DNA from: Candidatus Uhrbacteria bacterium CG10_big_fil_rev_8_21_14_0_10_48_11
GTDB taxonomy: Bacteria > Patescibacteriota > Patescibacteriia > GWA2-46-9
Length of the DNA: 64,000 bases
Direction of reading: 5' to 3'
Assembly: GCA_002793855.1 (NCBI GenBank)
Contig: PFET01000012.1
Span: 6,222-70,221 of the forward strand
Shown: positions 17,942-25,681 of the stretch, one piece after another
How the letters are laid out: every line of letters begins with the position of its first letter
How positions within the stretch are numbered: the stretch's first letter is position 1
Position numbers and translations under genes: made by a program
The notes under the pieces: model-generated
Told to the model about the DNA's origin: nothing
The model's database searches: none
What the model saw: only the letters and a program-made list of their open reading frames with translations

Positions 17942-19051
17942 ATGGCACTTCCCTACCAACAAATTAAACGTCTTGTCGAAAACGGAGGTATTCAAACTAC
18001 TGCTGAAATTACTGAAGCGCAGCTGCAACCAGCATCAATAGACTGTACGCTTGGACAAAAAGTGTACCGTATTTCTTCCGGTTTTCTGCCAAAAGAAAAC
18101 GAGACGGTCGCCGAACTTTTACGAGAGCGTACCCTTTACGAATTTGAACTTGAGCCCGGCACCATTCTTGAAACAAATACCCCCTACATTATACCGCTGA
18201 GGGAATCGCTTAACCTGCCGGCAACCCTAATCGCTATAGCCAGCCCCAAGAGTTCAATTGGCCGCGTTGATGTGTTTGTACGCGTCATGACCGATCACAA
18301 CCCGCAGTACGACGCTATCCCTGCCGGTTATCAAGGACCCTTATATCTCGAAATTATCCCGCTGACGTTTGCCGTACGGATTTCGCCAGCGCTGGCGATG
18401 ACACAGCTAAGGTTTAGAGATGAGCAAGAATGTTTTCCAACTACTGACGAGATGCGCACTATTCACGGCAGCGATCCGCTTATCTTGACCACTTCGGGCG
18501 AAGCGCTTCCCACAAAGGGTCTACGCTTAAAAGAGAACATCCTCTCCTTCACGGTTGATTTAACCGGTTCTGAAATTGTCGGCTATCGCGCGCGACACTA
18601 CGTGAACAAACTGCTGGATCTCACAAAAATAAACGCGCATGATCCCGCGCTTTTTTGGCACCCAATACCACGGCAAGCAAATGGTGAACTCATTCTTGAG
18701 CCAAACTCCTTTTACATCATTGCCACCAAAGAACGGGTACGTATACCCTCGCAGATGGCGGCAGAAATTATGCCCTACGACCCCTCAACGGGAGAACTGC
18801 GCTCCCACTATGCGGGGTTTTTCGACCCAGGCTTTGGCTGCGGCAATGACGAGAATATGCATGGTAACATTGTAGTACTTGAAGTCCGTGCCCACAGTGC
18901 CCCTTTCCGGCTGACAGATGGACAGGTAATATGTAAGATGATGTTTGAAAGACTAACGGAGGTACCCGAAAAAACCTACGGCGCAAACGTTGGCTCCACC
19001 TACACCGATCCTACTATTCGCTTAAGTAAATACTTTTCTTCGCATGTCTAA
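17942..19051 (+). CDS. Tandem dCTP-deaminase/dUTPase-fold protein (DCD family, about 370 aa)
   Basis: Two dUTPase-like halves: SIDCTLG resembles the Dcd SIDLRLG motif, and GFFDPGFGCGND resembles the Dcd GxxDPGF motif. Confidence 0.55.
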   Translation: MALPYQQIKRLVENGGIQTTAEITEAQLQPASIDCTLGQKVYRISSGFLPKENETVAELLRERTLYEFELEPGTILETNTPYIIPLRESLNLPATLIAIASPKSSIGRVDVFVRVMTDHNPQYDAIPAGYQGPLYLEIIPLTFAVRISPALAMTQLRFRDEQECFPTTDEMRTIHGSDPLILTTSGEALPTKGLRLKENILSFTVDLTGSEIVGYRARHYVNKLLDLTKINAHDPALFWHPIPRQANGELILEPNSFYIIATKERVRIPSQMAAEIMPYDPSTGELRSHYAGFFDPGFGCGNDENMHGNIVVLEVRAHSAPFRLTDGQVICKMMFERLTEVPEKTYGANVGSTYTDPTIRLSKYFSSHV

Positions 19052-20573
19052 TGCCGTAAAACCAGACGTCTTTGCTATTACCGGTTTACCGCCAGAGGTA
19101 CTGGCGGTCGCCATGGCAAAGTACAGCCGCTCAAAAAACCCAATTCGAGAAACGATTGATGAATTGACCGAGGAAAAATCCGCTGAGTTCCATGAAAAAT
19201 GGGTGCTTGGTTATGGTGACGCCTCTGTTGCCGATATGGCTATCATTGCGATTGCCTGCGAAAATGTTTCGATTATTGCCTCTAAAGCTATCGAAGACAC
19301 TCGGCTGGCTTCGTTTCAAGAAAAATCTACCCGCTACGTCGATTTCGACACTTCTAAATACTTTCGCCCACGTTCGGTTATGGAAAATAATGCCGAGCAA
19401 TATGAAAAAACCATCAATACCCTTTTTGAAAGCTATACCGGACTACTGGATAAAACCATTGCCTACCTGCGCCGGCGCTTGTCGCGTCCAGAAAAGTTAA
19501 GCAATAAGCTCTATGAAGCAAAGCTTAAGGCACGCTCGCTTGATGCGGTGCGCTACTTTTTGCCAGTTGCAACACTAACGAACTTTGGCATGATTATGAG
19601 CGCTCGCTCACTTCGCCACCTCATTGCAAAGTTAAAAGACAACCCCTACACGGAAGTTCGCGAACTCGCTGAAGCAATTCAAAATGCCGCACTTGAGCCG
19701 GCCTATAATCCTCAGGCAAAAAAAATTGAGGAACTTCTCGCCAGCCTTCGTGCTATGGGAGGCGAAGCCAACGAGTTAGCTGATCAGGTTGCCGCAACCG
19801 CAACACTGCAAATAAAAGGCGCGCCAACGTTGATTAAACACACTGAACCTTCACCCTACCAAAAACACACAAACGAGTATCTCTCTACATTTGAGGCAGA
19901 TCTACTTAAAAATGCACCAATTGCCGACGCGCCGCGTGTCGATTATCTTGAAAATCATTCGTACGAAGATGAACTGGTGACAACGTTACTCTATGGGGTT
20001 TCAATATTCTCCTACCGACAAATCTTGACTGCCGTTCAAGCGCTGGCGCCAGAAAAAAAACAGGTACTACTTCAAACGGTTGCTAGTTTCCGTGGTGACC
20101 ACGACCAACCGAGACGTGAATACGAGGCTGGAGGTCAGTTCGTCTTTGACGTTCTTATGGATTACGGCGCGTTCCGTGATCTTCAGCGTCACCGTATGTG
20201 CACGCAAATTAACCAACCACTGACGACCGTACATGGCTACGAGGTACCGTTCGAGCTACGGGATGCCGGCCTCGAACAAGAATTTAGAGCAATCATTGAT
20301 ACGACACTCGCCACTCATACAAAACTGAAAAAAGTGGTCGGCGCTGACGCTGACTATCTGATTCCGCTTGCCTGCAAAAAGAGAACACTCTTTAAGATGA
20401 ATCTGCGCGAGCTTTACCATATGGTAGAGTTACGATCTAAACCAGGTGGACATATGTCTTACCGTACGATTGTCACCGATATGTACGCCGCAGTTAAAGG
20501 CCGCCATCCGCTACTCGTAGAATCATTGCGCATTACGCCACTCGATTATGACAAAGATTTCTTCAAGCGTTAA
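19044..20573 (+). CDS. thyX: Flavin-dependent thymidylate synthase ThyX, tandem-domain form (509 aa)
   Basis: Second half carries RHRM and the ThyX C-terminal helices. First half is a ThyX-like domain (AMAKYSRSK, RYFLPVATLTNFGMIMSARSLRHL) with a degenerate RHR motif. Confidence 0.8.
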   Translation: MSNAVKPDVFAITGLPPEVLAVAMAKYSRSKNPIRETIDELTEEKSAEFHEKWVLGYGDASVADMAIIAIACENVSIIASKAIEDTRLASFQEKSTRYVDFDTSKYFRPRSVMENNAEQYEKTINTLFESYTGLLDKTIAYLRRRLSRPEKLSNKLYEAKLKARSLDAVRYFLPVATLTNFGMIMSARSLRHLIAKLKDNPYTEVRELAEAIQNAALEPAYNPQAKKIEELLASLRAMGGEANELADQVAATATLQIKGAPTLIKHTEPSPYQKHTNEYLSTFEADLLKNAPIADAPRVDYLENHSYEDELVTTLLYGVSIFSYRQILTAVQALAPEKKQVLLQTVASFRGDHDQPRREYEAGGQFVFDVLMDYGAFRDLQRHRMCTQINQPLTTVHGYEVPFELRDAGLEQEFRAIIDTTLATHTKLKKVVGADADYLIPLACKKRTLFKMNLRELYHMVELRSKPGGHMSYRTIVTDMYAAVKGRHPLLVESLRITPLDYDKDFFKR

Positions 20574-21261
20574 ACTTAAAAAAAAGAGAGCCGGCCGGCT
20601 CATCGTCATTGACGGAACAGACGGCACCGGCAAGGCAACACAAACAGCACTGTTGGTGAAAAAGTTACGTGCTGAAGGTAAAAAGGTTGCCATTGCAGAT
20701 TTTCCCCGTTACGGGCTTCCCTCCGCTTACTTTGTCGAGCAGTACCTTAACGGGCGCTACGGGAGCGCAAAAGACATTCCTCCACAAGCTGCCTCGCTCT
20801 TTTACGCCTTAGACCGTTTCGACGCAAAACAAAAAATGATTGATCAGTTGAACGATGGCTATATCATTGTGTCAAATCGTTTTGTTACGGCCAATATGGG
20901 GCACCAAGGTGGAAAAATTATCTCGCTTGCCGAACGTAAAAAATTTTTTTCTTGGCTAGACTGGCTAGAGCATGACTTACTAGGACTCCCCCGCCCCGAC
21001 CTTACCATTCTTCTTCACGTGCCTGCTGCACTTGCGCAACGTTTAATTGACCGCAAAGGGAGACGAGCGTACATTCAAGGAAAACGCGATCTTCACGAAG
21101 ATGATTTAGGGCACCTGAAAGCTGCCGAAAAAACGTACTTAGAAATTGCCAACTTGTTTCCAAAGTTTATTCTCGTCGAATGTCTTCGCAACAAATCACT
21201 GCTCAGCCCTGATGAGATACACCAAGCGATTTGGAAGAAAATTGAACGCTTAGTCTCCTAA
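20548..21261 (+). CDS. tmk: Thymidylate kinase
   Basis: LIVIDGTDGTGKATQ P-loop and the DRF/DxxQ motif. Confidence 0.9.
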   Translation: MTKISSSVKLKKKRAGRLIVIDGTDGTGKATQTALLVKKLRAEGKKVAIADFPRYGLPSAYFVEQYLNGRYGSAKDIPPQAASLFYALDRFDAKQKMIDQLNDGYIIVSNRFVTANMGHQGGKIISLAERKKFFSWLDWLEHDLLGLPRPDLTILLHVPAALAQRLIDRKGRRAYIQGKRDLHEDDLGHLKAAEKTYLEIANLFPKFILVECLRNKSLLSPDEIHQAIWKKIERLVS

Positions 21262-21269
21262 AAAATTTC

Positions 21270-22817
21270 ATGGCCAGCACAAAATACATTCCGGTTATCG
21301 GCATGGAGGTACATGCAGAACTTAAAACAACATCAAAAATGTTTTGTCGCTGCGTGAACGACTTTGGCCTTGAAGAAAGACCAAATGTCAACGTCTGTCC
21401 AGTTTGTTTGGGTCACCCAGGGGCTCTACCAACCGCTAACGTAGAAGCGATAAAAATGGTCATTAAGGTTGGGCTGGCGCTTGGCGCTGACATTGCACGC
21501 ATTTCAAAATTTGACCGCAAAAACTACTTCTACCCCGATCTCCCAAAAGGTTATCAGATTAGCCAATACGACCAGCCACTGACGGAGCACGGCAGTCTTG
21601 AAGCTAATGGTAAGCCTATCGCCATTACTCGTGTTCATCTCGAAGAAGACACAGGAAAACTTCAGCATCCAGAAGACGCACCCTACTCCCTTGTTGATTT
21701 TAACCGCTCTGGCGTCCCGTTGATGGAGCTCGTAACTGAACCTGACATCACCTCGTCAGTTGAGGCAAAAAAATTCTGCCAAGAATTGCAGCTTTTGCTT
21801 CGCACTCTTGATGTATCGGGAACGGATATGGAAAAAGGACAGATGCGTTGCGAGGCAAATATTTCACTAATGCAGGCTGACAAAGAACGTAAAGCGGAAA
21901 ACTACGGCACCAAAGTTGAGGTAAAAAACCTTAACTCGTTTAAGGCGGTTGAGCGTGCAATTGAGTACGAAATTAGTAGGCAAGAATCCTTGCTAGAAGC
22001 CGGAGAACCCGTGTTGCAAGAAACGCGAGGCTGGAATGATGCTCAGCAAAAAACATACGCCCAGCGCAGCAAAGAATCAGCGCACGACTACCGCTACTTC
22101 CCAGAGCCTGACTTGCCTCCACTCGTACTCGGAAGTCTTAACGAAGACAGCCCCAAGGGTGCGGTTGCTATTTCTGTCGATGCCATACGCGAAACGTTGC
22201 CGGAATTGCCGCAGCAGCGACGAGCACGCTTTATGGAAGAATTTTCGCTAAGTAACGAAGATGCGTACTTACTCACCGCCGACCCGGCACTCGCCTCTTT
22301 TACCGAGAGCGTATTTGCTGAAATGAAAGAGTGGGTAACAACGCTGGATAGTGTTGAGGGTAGCGCGGAAGAAATTTGGGGGCATGAAATTAAAAAGATA
22401 AGTAAACTCGTTGGTGGGTGGTTAACGAGTGAGCTCTTCAAGCTGATGAAAGAATCTAAAACGACGATAAGTGGGGTACAAATTACAGCCAGTAGTTTTG
22501 CGAACTTTTTAAAGCTTGTATATGAACGCCGCGCTAACAGTTCTGCTGCTCAAATTATACTGCGAGAAATGTTTTCAACTGGTAAGGATGCGCAAACTGT
22601 TCTTGAAGAAAAAGACCTTGGGCAGGTTGACGACAACGAGTCGCTCGACGCTGTTATTGAAAAAATTATTACTGCCAACCCCGATCCGGTTAAAGACTAC
22701 ATGAACGGAAAAGAGAATGCGCTTCAATATCTTGTTGGCCAAGGAATGAAACAGACAAAAGGAAAGGCAAACCCTGAAAAGCTCAGAGAACTCTTTAAGA
22801 AAAGGCTTTCGAGCTAA
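21270..22817 (+). CDS. gatB: Asp/Glu-tRNA amidotransferase subunit B
   Basis: VIGMEVHAEL N-terminus and C-terminal GatB/YqeY domain; 515 aa. Confidence 0.95.
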   Translation: MASTKYIPVIGMEVHAELKTTSKMFCRCVNDFGLEERPNVNVCPVCLGHPGALPTANVEAIKMVIKVGLALGADIARISKFDRKNYFYPDLPKGYQISQYDQPLTEHGSLEANGKPIAITRVHLEEDTGKLQHPEDAPYSLVDFNRSGVPLMELVTEPDITSSVEAKKFCQELQLLLRTLDVSGTDMEKGQMRCEANISLMQADKERKAENYGTKVEVKNLNSFKAVERAIEYEISRQESLLEAGEPVLQETRGWNDAQQKTYAQRSKESAHDYRYFPEPDLPPLVLGSLNEDSPKGAVAISVDAIRETLPELPQQRRARFMEEFSLSNEDAYLLTADPALASFTESVFAEMKEWVTTLDSVEGSAEEIWGHEIKKISKLVGGWLTSELFKLMKESKTTISGVQITASSFANFLKLVYERRANSSAAQIILREMFSTGKDAQTVLEEKDLGQVDDNESLDAVIEKIITANPDPVKDYMNGKENALQYLVGQGMKQTKGKANPEKLRELFKKRLSS

Positions 22818-22852
22818 CCGTAAATCAGCAATAATCTCCCTTTTTTTAAAGG

Positions 22853-22881
22853 TTGACCGCTCTAGTGCAAGCTGATAACAT
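22853..22881 (+). promoter_or_regulatory. Promoter TTGACC-17-TAACAT
   Basis: 17-nt spacer. It drives a roughly 80-nt hairpin-containing leader that ends at a terminator. Confidence 0.4.
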
Positions 22882-22944
22882 ACTTAAAGGTATGCCTATA
22901 CCAACGAATCAATTCGACGACATCAGCAGGGTTTAAAACGAGTC

Positions 22945-22964
22945 CCCTTCGGGGGCTTTTTTTT
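22945..22964 (+). terminator. Intrinsic terminator CCCC-ttcg-GGGG plus T8, 30 nt upstream of a strong SD
   Basis: GC stem with a UUCG loop and a U8 tract. Confidence 0.7.
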
Positions 22965-22995
22965 ACGCCCAAAATGGGAAAAGGAGGAAATCCTA

Positions 22996-23592
22996 ATGGC
23001 ACATTTACAAAATAATACTGAAACGCTCAACCCCTATGGAGCCTGCTCGGCTTATATTATAGGGTTTGCTATTGCCTGTAAGCATCTCTCTCTAAATTCT
23101 GCGGCAAAAATCTTCTGGTTTCTCGCAGAACACAAGCAGGAGCTCGACGAGGCACTTCCTTCAACGATGGAGGCAATAGAGCTTGGACGTACGTGTGAGC
23201 AAATCAACGCGTTTTTGGAGATCCAAGAGAGCCTCGGCGGAATGGTTCGGCACTCTATCGCGATACAGACACCATGGTGCGACACTATCGAGGAACTATG
23301 TACAAGGCTCTGCGAAGTGAGTGCCCCCCTCGTCTTCTGGGACGAATATCGCGCGCAGGCAATAATCGACCTGCTCCAACTCATCGCAAACTTGCCTGAG
23401 GGTAAAGCCCTACAGGCAATCCTTCGTCTTTACGAAGACGGAAGTCCATCATATTCGGATATTATCCGATACGGCTGGCTTGGAATGGAATCTGAAGCTG
23501 CGAGATCTGCTCTTGATGGTGTACTTGCCAGCGAAAAGTCCTTTCATCGTAATTATCAGACAACGCTTGTCACCGAGGCCGGTCAAACATGA
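22996..23592 (+). CDS. Hypothetical all-alpha protein (198 aa), monocistronic unit
   Basis: Strong AAGGAGG Shine-Dalgarno sequence 8 nt upstream; no recognisable motif; terminators on both sides. Confidence 0.55.
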   Translation: MAHLQNNTETLNPYGACSAYIIGFAIACKHLSLNSAAKIFWFLAEHKQELDEALPSTMEAIELGRTCEQINAFLEIQESLGGMVRHSIAIQTPWCDTIEELCTRLCEVSAPLVFWDEYRAQAIIDLLQLIANLPEGKALQAILRLYEDGSPSYSDIIRYGWLGMESEAARSALDGVLASEKSFHRNYQTTLVTEAGQT

Positions 23593-23608
23593 CCGGCCTC
23601 CCTCTTTT
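23575..23608. terminator. Bidirectional terminator with an 11-bp stem (GAGGCCGGTCA-aaca-TGACCGGCCTC)
   Basis: Perfect inverted repeat with T-rich flanks, between convergent genes. Confidence 0.8.
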
Positions 23609-24514
23609 CTAATTTGCAACCCATTTTTTTATGAAACGTTCGGCCTCATCTTTACCCTTAACCCAAATAATTTCTTTGTCTTTTTTCCACCACGTCATCT
23701 GTCGCTTGCTATACTGATACGTATGCGAAACAACTTTTTCTATACACTCTTGTTTTGTCAATGTACCCTTAAGGTATTCACTAACCTCCGGATACCCAAT
23801 ACCGCTCATTGAGGGTCGTGACGAAGGATACTTACTGAGTAGCTTTTTTGTTTCATCAACCAAACCGCTTTGAAACATTTTTTCAACTCGTTTTTTCATT
23901 CTTTCCCGTAGTATCTCTGTGTCTACAGTAATACCAATCTTTAAACTATCGTAATGCGTACGACCTTTTTTTCTTGCCTGCAGAAACCAGTTTCCAATTG
24001 CGCTTGCCACTTCAATAGCACGAATGACACGCCGAGCATTTTTTACATCGATACCTGCAACCGCCAGTGGGTCTAGTTTTTCTAACTGCTTAACCAAAAA
24101 CGGCAACCCCCGTTTTTGTAAATCTGCCGTAAGCTGTTTTCGCAATGTTTCATTTGGCGGCACTTCTGGTAATTTCCAATTTTGGACAACTGCATAAATA
24201 AAAAGAGCAGTTCCACCAACCAGTATAGGCAGCTTCCCTCGCGCATGAGCGCTCGTAATGGCTTCGCGAGCATCAAGCTTAAACTGCTGAACAGAATAAA
24301 GTTCATCCGGATTAACAACATCAACTAAATGCTGACGAATAGGTGCTGGCGGATAAAGTTTTGCGGTAGCGACGTCCATTCCGCGATAAACCTGACGAGA
24401 GTCTGCAGAAACAAGCTCTCCATCAAACATACGCGCAAGATGAACGGCAAGATCAGACTTTCCGGATGCTGTCGGGCCAACAATGGTCAACAGCAGTGGT
24501 AAACGTTTACTCAT
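23609..24514 (-). CDS. miaA: tRNA dimethylallyltransferase
   Basis: GPTASGKS P-loop and the DSRQVYRGMDVATAK motif. Confidence 0.92.
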   Translation of the reverse strand: MSKRLPLLLTIVGPTASGKSDLAVHLARMFDGELVSADSRQVYRGMDVATAKLYPPAPIRQHLVDVVNPDELYSVQQFKLDAREAITSAHARGKLPILVGGTALFIYAVVQNWKLPEVPPNETLRKQLTADLQKRGLPFLVKQLEKLDPLAVAGIDVKNARRVIRAIEVASAIGNWFLQARKKGRTHYDSLKIGITVDTEILRERMKKRVEKMFQSGLVDETKKLLSKYPSSRPSMSGIGYPEVSEYLKGTLTKQECIEKVVSHTYQYSKRQMTWWKKDKEIIWVKGKDEAERFIKKWVAN

Positions 24515-24540
24515 TCGGTCATTCTACCCTACTTCAAGAC

Positions 24541-24566
24541 AAACAAAAAAGGTGCCCTTGGGCACC
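24541..24566 (-). terminator. Intrinsic terminator (GGTGCCC-ttg-GGCACC plus T6 on the minus strand)
   Basis: Hairpin followed by TTTTTTGTTTG on the minus strand; it ends the small transcript at 24587..24742. Confidence 0.6.
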
Positions 24567-24586
24567 TAGAGGTTAACGGTAACGTA

Positions 24587-24742
24587 TTATATATTTGCCC
24601 AGAGAACCAATGATACAAATAACGTTGCGGCGCTCGCTAGAACCATCAAATGATCATCAATAAACTCTAGCCAGTTTTGTACGCCAGTTGTTTTTAAAAC
24701 AGGAACAAAAACGCCAAACGTGCTTGCAAGAAGCTCTCGCAT
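24587..24742 (-). CDS. Small hydrophobic protein, 51 aa (MRELLASTFGVFVPVLKTTGVQNWLEFIDDHLMVLASAATLFVSLVLWANI), absent from the ORF track
   Basis: Bracketed by its own promoter (24778..24806) and terminator (24541..24566); two hydrophobic segments. Confidence 0.4.
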   Translation of the reverse strand: MRELLASTFGVFVPVLKTTGVQNWLEFIDDHLMVLASAATLFVSLVLWANI

Positions 24743-24777
24743 ACTTTTATTTTTTTTTATTTTACAAACTTTACTGT

Positions 24778-24806
24778 AGTATAGCGTATTTCTATCAAAA
24801 AATCAA
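24778..24806 (-). promoter_or_regulatory. Promoter TTGATT-17-TATACT for the small ORF
   Basis: Exact 17-nt spacer on the minus strand. Confidence 0.45.
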
Positions 24807-24822
24807 GTTCGTAAATTGGAAC

Positions 24823-24853
24823 GGCGCGCGAGATCCTCCTTATCTCGCGCGCC
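24823..24853 (-). terminator. Perfect 12-bp inverted repeat (GGCGCGCGAGAT-cctcctt-ATCTCGCGCGCC) just 3' of the 24865 gene
   Basis: Located 10 nt downstream of the stop codon. Confidence 0.65.
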
Positions 24854-24864
24854 ACATACTAACC

Positions 24865-25422
24865 TCATTCAATCCGCTCCCCTGCAAGGTGCGCAAATTC
24901 GTAGGCATCTACCATGGCTAGCCAGCTTGCCTCAGTGACGCTTCTCGCTGTCGCCACGGTTCGGAAGTCCCAGCCATGGAACGTCCAGTCCACGACAACC
25001 TTGACCCGTGCCGCAGAGCCGCCACTACCAACCTTAAAAACGTGGTAATCACCGAGCTCCAAGCCCAAAGCTTTGACTTCAGCAACTTTGTTCATTGCGT
25101 TATCAAGCGCATTGATGGGCCCGTCTCCACGACCGGCCACATGGTCTTCTTGCCCTGTTTCCAGACGAAGCATGATTGTTGCTTCGGCAGGCTCTGCAGT
25201 TCCATCATCACCGCTTCGATGTAATTCACATACTCGGTACCACTCGACAAAAACAAAGGAGCAATTTGATCCATTCTCTCGAAACTGCGCCATTGCAATC
25301 GAAACAGCCTCCTCGCGTACGTATTCGCCATTCATTAAAAAAACCGCGATACGTACACCCCTTTCTCCGCTAAGATCCAAAAGACCCAACTCGCTGAGTT
25401 TCGCGAAATCAATTTTTTTCAT
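24865..25422 (-). CDS. Stand-alone LeuA regulatory (LeuA_dimer-like) domain protein, 185 aa
   Basis: GRGDGPINALDNAMNKV and VGSGGSAARVKVVVD...VTEASWLAMVDAYEF align with the C-terminal R-domain of the leuA product in this window ([15 protein letters not shown]...[11 protein letters not shown]...[13 protein letters not shown]). Strong GGGGAGGAAGGG Shine-Dalgarno sequence. Confidence 0.55.
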   Translation of the reverse strand: MKKIDFAKLSELGLLDLSGERGVRIAVFLMNGEYVREEAVSIAMAQFRENGSNCSFVFVEWYRVCELHRSGDDGTAEPAEATIMLRLETGQEDHVAGRGDGPINALDNAMNKVAEVKALGLELGDYHVFKVGSGGSAARVKVVVDWTFHGWDFRTVATARSVTEASWLAMVDAYEFAHLAGERIE

Positions 25423-25515
25423 TTCCCTTCCTCCCCACTCGTTGGTGGTGTGTCATGAAGTTGTCAAAGAGCGGGTTGCCCCCTTCTCGAGTCGATATCC
25501 GTTTCTCGACGGATA

Positions 25516-25546
25516 GAAAACGCCAGCCCCGATGAAGGGCTGGCGT
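25516..25546 (-). terminator. Hairpin ACGCCAGCCC-cgatgaa-GGGCTGGCGT followed by TTTCT
   Basis: 10-bp stem, 140 nt downstream of the disrupted gene's stop. Confidence 0.5.
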
Positions 25547-25681
25547 TGAAACTCAAGAGATACTTTAGCTACAACGTAAACCTTCCACCGCAAGTGGGCT
25601 GGCTAATAATGCTAATAATCTGAATTGCGCGAAGGTCCATATCGCTAAAATAGTAACAAGGCAGCTATTCCCGGTCAAGTC

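Noticed and set aside
22885-22965. Type III toxin-antitoxin (ToxIN-like: repeats RNA, terminator, toxin)
   Set aside because: The leader RNA is only about 80 nt with no tandem repeats. The downstream protein is all-alpha with no endoribonuclease hallmarks.
24688-24921. 77-aa plus-strand ORF MFLKQEQKRQ...FYFFLFYKLY
   Set aside because: Low-complexity Phe/Tyr-rich translation with no expression signals. It may at most mark an antisense RNA to the 51-aa small ORF.
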